NCBI GenBank assembly: GCA_035505915.1
Contig: DATJQI010000057.1
Span: 11,774 to 75,773, forward strand
From: Gemmatimonadales bacterium
GTDB lineage: Bacteria; Gemmatimonadota; Gemmatimonadetes; Gemmatimonadales; GWC2-71-9
Length of the DNA stretch: 64,000 bases
Reading direction: 5' to 3'
How positions within the stretch are numbered: the stretch's first letter is position 1; each line of letters opens with the position of its first letter. The notes under the pieces were generated by a model. The model was not told where the DNA came from. It saw nothing but the letters and a program-made list of their open reading frames with translations, and ran no database searches. This document shows, one piece after another, positions 52,692 to 62,545 of the stretch. Both the position numbers and the translations under genes were made by a program.

Positions 52692-53771
52692 CTACCGGAA
52701 CAGCTTGCCCAGCAATCCTCCGCCGGAGGCCTGGTCGCTGGTCCCGCTCAACGCGTCGGCGAACTCGAGGGCGGTGGAGTACCGGCTGTCCGGATTGGTC
52801 TCCATCGCCTTGTTGAGCGCCTTCTCGAGGTACTCGGGGAGGTCCGGGCGCAGCTGGCGGAGGGGTGTGGGCGTGCCGCGGAGCCGCGCGATCATCATCT
52901 CCTGCGCGTTGCGGCCCTGGAAGGGAAGCTTCCCCGTGAACAGCTCGAAGGCCACGATGCCGAGGGCGTAGATGTCCGAGCGGGCGTCCAGGGCCTTGCC
53001 GCGGATCTGCTCGGGGCTCATGAACTCGGGGGTCCCGAGGATGATCCCGGTCGCGGTGAGCTTCTGGATGGCGGGGTCCGCGCGGCGCTCCTTGGCGAGC
53101 CCGAAGTCCATCACCACGGCTTTGTCGGTGCCGTTCTCGTCCACCAGCATGATGTTCTCGGGCTTCAGGTCCCGGTGCACGATGTGGAGCTCGTGGGCGT
53201 GCTGGAGCCCGGCGCACACCTCCCGCAGGATCTTCACGCCGGGCGCCAGGTCCATCGGCCCCTTCTGCACTTCCCGGTCCGAGAGGAGGTCGCCCTTCAG
53301 GAACGGCATCACGAGGTAGATGAGCCCGTCTTCGGACTCGCCCAGCCGGAGGATGCGGCAGACGTTGGGGTGATCCAGGCGCATGGCCAGGCCCGCCTCG
53401 CGCCGCAGCCGCTCCACCGAGCTCTTGTCGGTGGCGAGCTTGGGCGACAGAACCTTGATGGCGACCTCGTTCCCCGACGCCAGCTCCTTCGCCAGGTAGA
53501 CGTAGGACATGCCGCCCTCGCCCAGCTTCTTCGCGACCTGGTAGCGGCCGTCCAGGAGCTGGTTGGAGAGGGTGGACGCCCGGTCCAGGCCGCCGATCCC
53601 GATGGCGGGGGGCGGCGTGCGCACCGACGTGTTGCTCCCGGAGACCGGCGCGGCGGGTTTGGCGTTGGGAGACTTGGTCTGGACCTCCACCAGCATGCTG
53701 CCGTCCTTCGGGCAGAAGCGGGCGGCGTCGGAGTAGACCGACCCGCAGCGGGGGCAGCGACGATCGCTCAT
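52692..53771 (-). CDS. Ser/Thr protein kinase with N-terminal zinc-ribbon
   Basis: CPRCGSVYSDAARFCPKDG, GEGGMSYVY, AIK, HRDLKPEN, DFG, SPE. The ATG sits in an ATGA overlap with the upstream gene. Confidence 0.9.
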   Translation of the reverse strand: MSDRRCPRCGSVYSDAARFCPKDGSMLVEVQTKSPNAKPAAPVSGSNTSVRTPPPAIGIGGLDRASTLSNQLLDGRYQVAKKLGEGGMSYVYLAKELASGNEVAIKVLSPKLATDKSSVERLRREAGLAMRLDHPNVCRILRLGESEDGLIYLVMPFLKGDLLSDREVQKGPMDLAPGVKILREVCAGLQHAHELHIVHRDLKPENIMLVDENGTDKAVVMDFGLAKERRADPAIQKLTATGIILGTPEFMSPEQIRGKALDARSDIYALGIVAFELFTGKLPFQGRNAQEMMIARLRGTPTPLRQLRPDLPEYLEKALNKAMETNPDSRYSTALEFADALSGTSDQASGGGLLGKLFR

Positions 53772-55207
53772 GGGCGGACCAAGTTGCGCCCTTCGTTCTT
53801 GGCGCGATAGAGGGCCTGGTCCGCCATCGCCACGAATCCTTCGGCGCTCTGGATCTTGTCGTCCGGGAACGCCGCGATGCCGATCGAAACCGTGAGGTTG
53901 AGCGGGGAATCGCCGGTATCCGCGAAGTCGTGGTTCTGGATCCGCTGCCGGAGGCGCTCGGCGAAGATGGTGGCGCCCTGCAGGCCGGTCTCGGGCATCA
54001 CCACCACGAACTCCTCGCCGCCGTACCGGGCCACGATGTCCACGGACCGGGCCTCCCGGCGGAGCATCTCGCCCACCTGGCGCAGCACCGAGTCGCCCGC
54101 CAGGTGGCCCCGGGTGTCGTTGATCTGCTTGAACCGGTCGATGTCGGCGAGCAGGATGCTGATCCCCAGCTTGTAGCGCCGGGCCCGGTCCAGCTCCGCG
54201 TCGAGCGCCTCGGCCAGGGCCCGGCGGTTCATCGTCCCGGTGAGGGCGTCGGTGGCGGCCAGCTTCTCGAGCCGCTGCTTGTCCGACACGGCGGTCTCGA
54301 AGTCGTACGCCTTCTCGATGGCCGCCACCGCGGTCTCGATGACGGTTTCGGCGAACTGCGCGTCGGCACGGGTGAGGGGCAGGTCGTCGCCGGTGGTGCG
54401 CAGGAAGAACACGCCGATCTGCTGGTCCTTCATCGAGAAGGGCAGCGCCACGGCCGACCGGGTCGGCACCTTGATGCCTTCCCGCTCCCAGCGGGTGCGC
54501 TCGGCCTCGTACAGCGGATCGGTGGCGACGTCGGCCACCAGCACCGGACGTCCGGTGGAGAGCGCCTTCTGGATCTCCGGGTAGCGGGCCAGGTCGATCT
54601 GGAGGTTCCGCAGCATCGGGTTCTCGTACGCCGCCACCACCACGCCCACCTGATCGCCGGCCTTGGCCAGCACCATGGAGCACTTGGAGATGTTCAGCAC
54701 CCGGGCCACGCGGCGGGCCAGGATGTGATAGATCTCGTCGGGTTTCAGGGAGTCGGTGACTTCGTGCAGGATGTCCACCATGGCGGCGCGGGAGCGGGCT
54801 TCTTCCCGTGCCGAGGCGAGGGCCTTCCCGACGCGGAGATGGGCCTCCACCCGCGCGAGCAGTTCCCGGACCCGGAAGGGCTTGGAAATGAAGTCGGCGG
54901 CGCCGAGACCCAGGGACTTCACCGTGGCTTCCTCGGGGGGCATCGACGAGACCATCAGGACCGGCAGGTCGCGGTAGCGCTCGTCGCCCTTGAGGCGCTC
55001 GAGCAGCTGCAGCCCGTCGATCTTCGGCATCATGATGTCGAGGAGGAGGAGGTCGGGTCGCTCTTCTTCCAGGCGGCCCAGCAGCCCTTCACCGCCGGGG
55101 GCGGTGGACACCTGGTAGCCGTGCTCCTTGAGGATCCACGTCAGCGTCCGGACGAGCGACGCGTCGTCGTCCGCGACGAGAATCCGGGAGCCTTCCAGGT
55201 CGGACAT
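53768..55207 (-). CDS. Response regulator receiver-GAF-GGDEF diguanylate cyclase
   Basis: The receiver has ADDD, LLLLDIMMPKIDG and SKP. A central GAF-like region. GGEEF active site with RSVD (RxxD I-site) 5 residues upstream. Confidence 0.9.
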   Translation of the reverse strand: MSDLEGSRILVADDDASLVRTLTWILKEHGYQVSTAPGGEGLLGRLEEERPDLLLLDIMMPKIDGLQLLERLKGDERYRDLPVLMVSSMPPEEATVKSLGLGAADFISKPFRVRELLARVEAHLRVGKALASAREEARSRAAMVDILHEVTDSLKPDEIYHILARRVARVLNISKCSMVLAKAGDQVGVVVAAYENPMLRNLQIDLARYPEIQKALSTGRPVLVADVATDPLYEAERTRWEREGIKVPTRSAVALPFSMKDQQIGVFFLRTTGDDLPLTRADAQFAETVIETAVAAIEKAYDFETAVSDKQRLEKLAATDALTGTMNRRALAEALDAELDRARRYKLGISILLADIDRFKQINDTRGHLAGDSVLRQVGEMLRREARSVDIVARYGGEEFVVVMPETGLQGATIFAERLRQRIQNHDFADTGDSPLNLTVSIGIAAFPDDKIQSAEGFVAMADQALYRAKNEGRNLVRP

Positions 55208-55213
55208 CGGCGC

Positions 55214-56146
55214 TCAGTCCTCGAGCAGCAGGGGATCGACGTTTCCGCCGCTCACCACCAGGACGGTGGTGCCCGACGGCCGCACGGCGCCGGAGCGGAG
55301 GGCCGCCGTGGTCGCGGCGCCGGACGGTTCCACCGTCAGCCGGCACTCGCGATGTAGAAAATGCACCGCCTCGCGAAGGCTGTCATCCTCCACGAGCGCG
55401 ACGCCCGCGATGCGCTCCCGCTGCGCCAGCAGGTGCGCGAACGGCGCGGCGCCCACGGTCAGGGTGATCAGTCCGTCCGCCAGGCTCGCGGTGCGGTCGA
55501 GGCGGACCGGCGCGCCGGCCGCGAGCGAGCGGGTCAGCTTGGGCGCGCCGACCGGCTCCACACCCCACACCCGCGCCCGGGAGCCGGCGGCGGCCAGTCC
55601 GGTCACCACGCCCGCGATCAGGCCCCCGCCTCCCACCGGCACCACGACCGTCTCCACGTCCGGCAGGTCCTCGACGATCTCCAGCGCGACGGTCGCCTGC
55701 CCGGCGATGACGTCCGGATGATCGAACGGCGGCACCAGGGCCAGGTGCTCTCCCGCGGCGAGGGCCTCGGCCTTCGCCTGCCGGTCCGCCGAGGTCCGGC
55801 CCGCGAAGACCACCTCACCGCCCCACTTCTTCACGCCGGCGACCTTCACCGCGGGCGCGGTTTCCGGCATCACGACTACGGCCCGCACACCGAACCGCTG
55901 CGCGGCCCAGGCGACGGCCTGCCCGTGATTCCCGGAAGAATACGTGATTACCCCCGGCGCCCGGGCGGCGTCGGACAGCCGGCGCACCGCCGTGAACGCG
56001 CCCCGGGCCTTGAACGCGCCCACGGGCTGCAGGCTTTCGAGCTTGAGGTAGGCCTTGAGGGGCTCGACCCAGACCAGCGGGGTCCGCACCGCGACCCCCG
56101 CCAGCGCTCCCGCCGCCTCCCGGACCGCCTCGGCCGTCACCATCAC
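55214..56146 (-). CDS. PLP-dependent threonine/serine dehydratase (short, no ACT domain)
   Basis: PLP lysine context [34 protein letters not shown] start in a GTGA overlap with the gyrA stop. Confidence 0.85.
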   Translation of the reverse strand: MMVTAEAVREAAGALAGVAVRTPLVWVEPLKAYLKLESLQPVGAFKARGAFTAVRRLSDAARAPGVITYSSGNHGQAVAWAAQRFGVRAVVVMPETAPAVKVAGVKKWGGEVVFAGRTSADRQAKAEALAAGEHLALVPPFDHPDVIAGQATVALEIVEDLPDVETVVVPVGGGGLIAGVVTGLAAAGSRARVWGVEPVGAPKLTRSLAAGAPVRLDRTASLADGLITLTVGAAPFAHLLAQRERIAGVALVEDDSLREAVHFLHRECRLTVEPSGAATTAALRSGAVRPSGTTVLVVSGGNVDPLLLED

Positions 56147-58641
56147 TTCTTCTTGCCCTTCGGGGCCGCGGCCTCCTCGTCGTCCCCTTCCTCCTCCGCG
56201 CCGTTCTCGTCTTCCTTCACCACGCGGGCCACGTCCACCACCAGGTCCCCGGCCGTCAGGTTCATGATCTTCACGCCCGACGTGTTGCGCCCGGAGATCC
56301 GGATGCCTTCGACCGGCACCCGGATGATGATGCCTTTCTTGGTGATCATCATCAGCTCGTCGTCGGGCAGCACTTCCTTCAACGCGATGATGTCCCCGGT
56401 CTTCTCGGTGTGCTTCAGGGTGATGATGCCGCGTCCGCCGCGGTGCTGGACCCGGTACTCGTCGAGCTCGGAGCGCTTGCCCATCCCCTTTTCGGTGACG
56501 GCGAGCAGGGTGGACGCGCGCCGGACGATGACCATGTCGATGACGTGGTCCTTCTTGTCCAGCTCGATGCCCTTCACGCCGGTGGCGGCGCGCCCCATGT
56601 CGCGGACATCCTGCTCATGGAAGCGGATGCTCATGCCCTTGCCGGTGGCGAGCACCACGTCGTTGCGGCCGTCGGTCACCTGGACGTCGATCAGCTCGTC
56701 CCCGGCGTCGATGTTGATGGCCCGGATGCCGGACGACCGCGGGTTCCCGTACTCCGAGAGCACGGTCTTCTTCACGACGCCCTTCTTCGTGGCGAAGAGC
56801 AGGAACTGGTCGTCGGCGAACTCGCGGACCGGCACGAGCGCCGCCGTCCGCTCGTCGGGCTTGATGGCGACGCAGGAGAGCACCGGCTTGCCGCGGGCCG
56901 CGCGGGCCGCCTGCGGAATCTCGTGCACCTTGAGCCAGTAGCAGTGCCCGGTGTCGGTGAAGAACATCACGTAGTCGTGCGTCGACGCGATGAACAGATG
57001 CTCGACCCAGTCGTCTTCCTTGGTGTGGGCGGCCGTGACGCCCCGCCCGCCGCGGCGCTGCCGCCGGTAGGCCGACACCGGCAGCCGCTTGATGTAGCCC
57101 GAATGGGAGACCGTGATCACCATGTCTTCCTCGGCGATCAGGTCCTCGATGGAGAACTCGCCCTGGTCGGCCACGATCTCGGTGCGGCGGGCGTCTCCGA
57201 AGCCGTGGGCGACCTCGCCCAGCTCCTCCTTGAGGATCTTCATCCGCCGGGGCTTCGAGCTCAGGATCTCCTTGCATTCCTTGATGAACTTCCGGACGTC
57301 CTTCAGCTCCTCTTCGAGCTTGTTGATCTCGAGGGCCGTGAGGCGGGCCAGCCGCATGTTGAGGATTTCCGCGGACTGCCGCTCGGACAGCTTGAAGCGC
57401 TTCCGGAGGGCGGCGTCGGCGGTGGGCGTGTCCTTCGACTTCCGGATGATGCGGATGACCTCGTCGATGTGATCGACGGCGATCTTCAGGCCCTCGAGGA
57501 TGTGCTCCCGGTCCTGGGCCCGCTTGAGCTCGAACTCGGTCCGGCGGACGATGACGTCGTGGCGGTGGTCGATGAAGTGCTGCAGGATCTCCTTGAGCGC
57601 CATCTCCTTCGGCACGCCGTCCACGAGGGCCAGCATGATGGCGCCGAACGTGGTCTGCATCGCGGTGTGCTTGTAGAGCTGGTTCAGCACCACCGCCGGC
57701 ACGGCGTCCCGCTTCAGCTCGATGACGATCCGCATCCCCTCGCGGTCCGACTCGTCCCGGATGTCCGAGATCCCGTCCAGGCGCTTGTCGTTCACGAGCT
57801 GCGCGATCTGCGTGATCAGCGTGCTCTTGTTGACCTGATAGGGGATCTCGGCCACCACGATCTGGAACCGGCCCGACGACTGCTTCTCCTCGATGGCGGC
57901 GCGGGCCCGGACCACGATCCGGCCCCGCCCCTTCTCGTAGCAGTCTTTAATGCCGTCGCGGCCGTAGATGATGGCGCCGGTGGGGAAATCGGGACCGCGG
58001 ACGAACTTCCGGAGGTCCTTGACGGTGGCGTCGGGGTGGTCGACGAGGTGCTGAATGGCCTGCACCACTTCGCCGAGGTTGTGCGGCGGGATGTTCGTCG
58101 CCATCCCCACCGCGATGCCGGCGGCGCCGTTGACGATGAGATTGGGGATCTTCGACGGCAGCACCGTCGGCTCCTGGAGCCGGTCGTCGAAGTTCGGGAT
58201 GAAGCCGACGGTGTTCTTGTCGATGTCCTCCAGCATCGTCATCGCGACCCGCGTGAGCCGCGCTTCGGTGTACCGGTACGCGGCGGCGGGATCGCCGTCC
58301 ACCGACCCGAAGTTTCCCTGCCCGTCCACCAGGGGGTACCGCAGGGAGAAGTCCTGGACCATCCGGACCAGCGCGTCGTACACCGACATGTCGCCGTGCG
58401 GGTGATACTTGCCGAGCACGTCGCCGACCACCGTCGCGCTCTTCTTGTACGGCCGGCCGGGCACCAGGCCCAGCTCGTGCATCGCGTAAAGGATCCGGCG
58501 ATGCACCGGCTTCAGGCCGTCGCGCACGTCCGGCAGCGCGCGCTGGACGATCACGCTCATCGAGTAATCGAGGAACGACTCCTTCAGCTCGTCTTCGATG
58601 AGGCGGGGGAGAATCCGTTCGCGGGCGTTGGGAGCGGTCAT
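56143..58641 (-). CDS. gyrA: DNA gyrase subunit A
   Basis: [14 protein letters not shown], active-site region AAAYRYTE, six-bladed CTD repeats, and an acidic/Lys C-terminal tail. Confidence 0.98.
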   Translation of the reverse strand: MTAPNARERILPRLIEDELKESFLDYSMSVIVQRALPDVRDGLKPVHRRILYAMHELGLVPGRPYKKSATVVGDVLGKYHPHGDMSVYDALVRMVQDFSLRYPLVDGQGNFGSVDGDPAAAYRYTEARLTRVAMTMLEDIDKNTVGFIPNFDDRLQEPTVLPSKIPNLIVNGAAGIAVGMATNIPPHNLGEVVQAIQHLVDHPDATVKDLRKFVRGPDFPTGAIIYGRDGIKDCYEKGRGRIVVRARAAIEEKQSSGRFQIVVAEIPYQVNKSTLITQIAQLVNDKRLDGISDIRDESDREGMRIVIELKRDAVPAVVLNQLYKHTAMQTTFGAIMLALVDGVPKEMALKEILQHFIDHRHDVIVRRTEFELKRAQDREHILEGLKIAVDHIDEVIRIIRKSKDTPTADAALRKRFKLSERQSAEILNMRLARLTALEINKLEEELKDVRKFIKECKEILSSKPRRMKILKEELGEVAHGFGDARRTEIVADQGEFSIEDLIAEEDMVITVSHSGYIKRLPVSAYRRQRRGGRGVTAAHTKEDDWVEHLFIASTHDYVMFFTDTGHCYWLKVHEIPQAARAARGKPVLSCVAIKPDERTAALVPVREFADDQFLLFATKKGVVKKTVLSEYGNPRSSGIRAINIDAGDELIDVQVTDGRNDVVLATGKGMSIRFHEQDVRDMGRAATGVKGIELDKKDHVIDMVIVRRASTLLAVTEKGMGKRSELDEYRVQHRGGRGIITLKHTEKTGDIIALKEVLPDDELMMITKKGIIIRVPVEGIRISGRNTSGVKIMNLTAGDLVVDVARVVKEDENGAEEEGDDEEAAAPKGKKK

Positions 58642-58651
58642 TAAAACCAGG

Positions 58652-58672
58652 GGTCAGGTGTCAGGGGTCAGG
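58652..58672. repeat. Three tandem heptamers GGTCAGG TGTCAGG GGTCAGG in the gyrA 5' leader
   Basis: Read directly from the sequence, 11-31 nt upstream of the gyrA ATG (58641). On the transcribed strand the units read CCTGAC(C/A). Confidence 0.9.
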
Positions 58673-58686
58673 GACTGGAGAAGCGT

Positions 58687-58715
58687 CCTAAGTGCCTAAA
58701 ACCTAATCACTTAGG
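58687..58715. repeat. Perfect 8-bp inverted repeat CCTAAGTG / CACTTAGG with 13-nt loop; CCTAA occurs three times
   Basis: Read directly from the AT-rich gyrA upstream region. Confidence 0.85.
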
Positions 58716-58730
58716 CCACGAAAGGCAACG

Positions 58731-58758
58731 AAAAAATGACCCCTAAACCGGGGCGGGG
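58731..58758 (-). terminator. Weak intrinsic-terminator-like element after the oxidoreductase gene
   Basis: The minus strand reads CCCCGGTTTAGGGGTCATTTTTT, a short GC stem followed by a T6 run. Confidence 0.3.
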
Positions 58759-58765
58759 AACGCAC

Positions 58766-59815
58766 TTACGAAGGGGGAATCTCCACCGCCACCTTCCCCA
58801 GCTGCTCGGCGCGGTCGAGGTAGGCGTACGCGTCACGCACCGCGGCGAAGGGGAAGACCCGGTCCACGAGCGGGCGCAGCCGCCCCGCCGCGAGCTCCGA
58901 GACGATCGCGGCGTACTCCGCGTCGTTCCCCATGGTCGAGCCCAGAATGGTGTACTGGCCCCAGAAGAGCCGGCGCACGTCGGTCACGAGCATGGGCCCG
59001 GACGTCCCGCCGCAGGTGACCACCCGCCCGCCCTTCGCCAGCACGCGGATCGACTTCTCCCAGGTCGCCTCCCCCACGTTCTCGACGACCACGTCGACGC
59101 CGCGCTTCCCGGTGAGAGCCCGCACTTCCCTGGGAACGTCCTGGGTCGCGTGATTCAGGGTGACGTCGGCGCCCAGCTCGCGGGCCCGGGCCAGCTTCGC
59201 GTCCGACGACGAGGTCGCGACGACTCGGGCTCCCAGATGCTTGGCGATCCGCATCGCCGTAAGGGAGACGCCGCCTCCGATGCCCCAAATCAACACCCAC
59301 TCGCCGTCCCTGACCCGGGCCCGGGTGGTCACCATCCGCCACGCCGTCAGCGTCACCAGGGAAAACGCGGCCGCCTCCGCCCACGACAGAGCGGGCGTGA
59401 GCGCCGGGATGGAAACGACGTTGAACTCCGGGAGGACGACGGCGGTGCAGAGAGTGCCGGGGAGGTGCTCGCCGAGGATCCGGTACTTGATGCAGAGTGA
59501 GTGTTCGCCGGCCCGGCAGAATTCGCACGTGCGGTCGGAGACTCCGGGATTGATCATCACCCGGTCTCCGGCCTTCACGCGGGTGACCCCCGCCCCCACC
59601 GCCTCGACCACCCCCGCCCCGTCGGCGCCCACGATGTGGGGGAAGCGATAGTCGATGCCGGGCAGGCCGCCCGCGACGAACAGATCCAGATGGTTGAGCG
59701 CGGCGGCCCGTACGGCCACCCGCACTTCACCCGCGCCCGGAGGACCGGGGTCCGGGACCTCCGCGATGGTGAGGCGGTCGAGACCGCCGGTGTCGGTGAG
59801 AACCGCCGCGCGCAA
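58766..59815 (-). CDS. Zinc-type medium-chain dehydrogenase/reductase (alcohol dehydrogenase / quinone oxidoreductase family)
   Basis: TTG start. GADGAGVVEAVG, the Cys cluster CEFCRAGEHSLC, and WGIGGGVS nucleotide-binding motif. Confidence 0.85.
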   Translation of the reverse strand: MRAAVLTDTGGLDRLTIAEVPDPGPPGAGEVRVAVRAAALNHLDLFVAGGLPGIDYRFPHIVGADGAGVVEAVGAGVTRVKAGDRVMINPGVSDRTCEFCRAGEHSLCIKYRILGEHLPGTLCTAVVLPEFNVVSIPALTPALSWAEAAAFSLVTLTAWRMVTTRARVRDGEWVLIWGIGGGVSLTAMRIAKHLGARVVATSSSDAKLARARELGADVTLNHATQDVPREVRALTGKRGVDVVVENVGEATWEKSIRVLAKGGRVVTCGGTSGPMLVTDVRRLFWGQYTILGSTMGNDAEYAAIVSELAAGRLRPLVDRVFPFAAVRDAYAYLDRAEQLGKVAVEIPPS

Positions 59816-59823
59816 CGGCGGCG

Positions 59824-62139
59824 TCAGGGCTGGGGCAGGAACGCCGGCGACAACATCTGCTCGTTCGGAGCCGCCGGCAGCGGCACCGCGGCGCCTCCGC
59901 CCACCGGCTGCACGTACACCTGGAGCCGGCCGCGCCGGCCCTCGGCGTTCACGAGCAGCGCCAGGAAATCCCCGGCCGGCGCGACGGCAAACCCGATGAT
60001 GGCCAGGTCCGTGCCCGAGACCGGCGTGACCACGCCGGACGCGAGGTCGGCCTTCATCACCTGGGTGACGTCGCGGCCGTTGTCACGGCGCTGCACCAGG
60101 TACTCCAGGCTCCCGTCCTTGAGGAAATGCGGCTCTTCTTCGCGCTGGCCGGCGCCCTTGATGAACGGACGCTGGTTGGAGCCGTCCCGCGCCATCAGCC
60201 ATACGTGCGGGATCTTGTTGTCGCGGTTCGAAATGAAAGCGATGGTCTGGCCGTCGGGCGACACCGCGGCTTGGCGGTTTCCGCCGGAGTCGGTGAGCAT
60301 CTTCAGGCCGGTGCCGTCCACCCCGACGGTCCAGATCTGCTCGGGCCCGTCCCGCTTCCCCTCGCGGGGCGACTGGAACACCACCGTCTGCCCGTCGGCC
60401 GTGAAGACGGGACGGCTGTCGGGCTGGGGACGGTTGGTGAGCCGGGTCCGGTTCGTCCCGTCCGCGTCCATCAGGTACAGCTGGGCCACCCCGTCGCGGG
60501 TCGACTCGAACACGATACGCGAGCCGTCGGGGGAGAATGCCGGCTCCACTTCATTGCCGGAGTCGGCGGTCACCCGGCGGAGATCCGTGAGGGTCGAGCG
60601 CTCCAGCGAGAAGAGGTGGAGTTTGCCTCCCTGCCGGTCCGACGCGAGCAGAATCTCGCCCTGCACGAACACCAGCGCCGACGCGGACTTCCCGCCCGGC
60701 GCGGTGGCCGTGATGCGGGACCGCCCGTAGCCGATCGCGGTGACGGATCCGTCCGCGCCGACGGCGGCCACTCCCGGCTGATCGGAGGTCCAGGTCAGGC
60801 CGGCGGCGGGCCCCAGGACGGCTCCGCCGTCGTTCGTGAATTCCGCCTTGATGGCGTACTTGGAGCCCGCGTGCAGCCCCACCCGCGCCGTCGACAGCCG
60901 CAGCGAGCCGGCGATCACGGACACGTTCCAGACCGCCTGCAGGCCGACGCCGGGGCCCCGGACGGTCAGGGTGGTCCGTCCCACTTTGACGCCCGTGAGG
61001 AGGCCGGTGGTCGTGTCGAACGACGCGAGCGACGAATCCCCCACCACCCAGCGCAGGGGCGCTTCGGGGACGGCGACGTTGTCGGCCGCCAGCGCGTGCG
61101 CGATGAACTTCGCCGACGCGGTGAGGGGAATCTCGATGTCCCGGTCGCGCGGGGGCGACACCGCGAGGGTCTCGACCGTCTTGTGGACGTGGATGCTCAC
61201 GGTCCGGTTCTGCAGCAGGCCGGCGACGGACAGGACGGCGTCGCCCGGGCCCACGGCCCGCAGCACGCCGTCGATGGTCACCGTGGCGACCGTGGGGACG
61301 CTGGACGTCCACTGCAGGAGCAGGGGCGACACGGCGCGGTTCCCCTGCGTCGGCACGATCACGTGGAGCGTGTCGGCGTCACCCGGTGACATGATGATCG
61401 GGCCGGTCTGGTCGATGGCCAGATCGGCCTGCTGAACCACCACCGGCGCCGTGGCCGTGACACCGGTCGCCGAGGTGACCTGGATGGTCCCCTGCCCGGG
61501 TGACAGCGCGACGACCGTTCCGTTGGCGTCGACGCTGGCGATGGCCGGCGTCAGGGACTGCCAGGTGACGTGCACGGGCGCCGCCGCCGATCCGTCGTCC
61601 TTCAGGGCGCGGGGCGCGACACGGGTGTTCTCCGAAGGCAGCAGGAACACCTGGGCCGGAATGATGCGGAGCGCGGTGGCGACCCCCACACCCGGCGGCT
61701 GGCCGTAGAACGCGCCGACTCCCGGCTGCTCCACGGGCGCCGGAGGGGTCGCCGGCGTGCTCGCGGGCGCGGGGCTCTGCGCCGGCGCCGCGGCCTGGGC
61801 CGGGGCCGCCGGAGCGGGGGACACGGTGATGGTGGAGAGCCCGGTGCGATGGCCGGCCGCCGCCTCGATGATCGCCACCCCGGTCGCCAGACCGGTGACG
61901 GTCCCGTTGGCGTCCACCTTGGCCACCTGGGGACTCCGGGAGGTCCACGTGATCTTGGCGGTCGGGATGACGTTTCCGATCCGGTCGAACGCCGTGGCGA
62001 GCAGTCCGGTGCGGTCCCCGACGTGGATGCTGACCGCCGCGGGGGCCACCTGGACCTCGGCCACGTTCTGGCCGCGGGAGGCCCGGCCAGCTGCCAATGA
62101 GATGAAAGCGATGACGGTGCTGAGGCGGCGGAAGTTCAT
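59824..62139 (-). CDS. Secreted multi-Big_2 (bacterial Ig-like) protein with C-terminal TolB-like beta-propeller
   Basis: Signal MNFRRLSTVIAFISLAAG. Repeated ...VDANGTVTGLATG / VDANGTVVALSPG Ig-like units and a Pro/Ala linker. The C-terminal part has SPDG-type propeller repeats. Alternative starts ATG 62172 and TTG 62178. Confidence 0.75.
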   Translation of the reverse strand: MNFRRLSTVIAFISLAAGRASRGQNVAEVQVAPAAVSIHVGDRTGLLATAFDRIGNVIPTAKITWTSRSPQVAKVDANGTVTGLATGVAIIEAAAGHRTGLSTITVSPAPAAPAQAAAPAQSPAPASTPATPPAPVEQPGVGAFYGQPPGVGVATALRIIPAQVFLLPSENTRVAPRALKDDGSAAAPVHVTWQSLTPAIASVDANGTVVALSPGQGTIQVTSATGVTATAPVVVQQADLAIDQTGPIIMSPGDADTLHVIVPTQGNRAVSPLLLQWTSSVPTVATVTIDGVLRAVGPGDAVLSVAGLLQNRTVSIHVHKTVETLAVSPPRDRDIEIPLTASAKFIAHALAADNVAVPEAPLRWVVGDSSLASFDTTTGLLTGVKVGRTTLTVRGPGVGLQAVWNVSVIAGSLRLSTARVGLHAGSKYAIKAEFTNDGGAVLGPAAGLTWTSDQPGVAAVGADGSVTAIGYGRSRITATAPGGKSASALVFVQGEILLASDRQGGKLHLFSLERSTLTDLRRVTADSGNEVEPAFSPDGSRIVFESTRDGVAQLYLMDADGTNRTRLTNRPQPDSRPVFTADGQTVVFQSPREGKRDGPEQIWTVGVDGTGLKMLTDSGGNRQAAVSPDGQTIAFISNRDNKIPHVWLMARDGSNQRPFIKGAGQREEEPHFLKDGSLEYLVQRRDNGRDVTQVMKADLASGVVTPVSGTDLAIIGFAVAPAGDFLALLVNAEGRRGRLQVYVQPVGGGAAVPLPAAPNEQMLSPAFLPQP

Positions 62140-62149
62140 GGCGGGCCAA

Positions 62150-62178
62150 ACGTTAGCCCGCGCAAAAACCATTGTCAA
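62150..62178 (-). promoter_or_regulatory. Candidate promoter giving a near-leaderless transcript for the Big_2/TolB gene
   Basis: The minus strand reads TTGACA (62178-62173), a 17-nt spacer, then TAACGT (62155-62150). Only 10 nt separate the -10 from the ATG at 62139. Confidence 0.3.
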
Positions 62179-62267
62179 CCGAGATGCGCTTGCGCGCGAC
62201 TTGCAAGGGTCAAGGTGCCGGATAAGCTACAGGCCGCGCCTGCTCACCCCAGCAAGGAGAAGGGACG

Positions 62268-62528
62268 ATGTTCGAGGATCAGGAAAGTGGATGGAGCGGA
62301 CCGGGGATGATGGAGCCGCTCTTCCCGCCGGCGACGCCCATGGCCCAGGACCCCATGTCGCCGGCGGAGTCGATGACCGAAGCGCCCGAGACCCCGGCGC
62401 CGAAGAAGGCTCGTAAGAAGAAGGCCACGAAGGCCAAGAAGAAGGGCAAGAAGGGGAAGAAGGACAAGAAAAAGAAGGGTAAGAAGAAGGGCAAGAAGGG
62501 AAAGAAGAAGAAGGGTAAGAAGCGCTAG
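62268..62528 (+). CDS. Small bipartite protein: acidic/Pro-rich N-terminal half and poly-Lys C-terminal half (86 aa)
   Basis: Strong SD AAGGAGAAGGG 4 nt upstream of the ATG. The C-terminal 42 aa contain about 30 Lys (KKARKKKATKAKKKGKKGKKDKKKKGKKKGKKGKKKKGKKR), almost all encoded by AAG. Confidence 0.6.
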   Translation: MFEDQESGWSGPGMMEPLFPPATPMAQDPMSPAESMTEAPETPAPKKARKKKATKAKKKGKKGKKDKKKKGKKKGKKGKKKKGKKR

Positions 62529-62545
62529 CATACTCCCGCCACGCT

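Noticed and set aside
62400-62525. The AAG-rich tract as a non-coding purine microsatellite.
   Set aside because: It is in frame with an ATG that has a strong Shine-Dalgarno sequence. It contains no stop for 86 codons. The repeat is imperfect at the DNA level but maintains Lys/Gly coding, which favours a real small gene.
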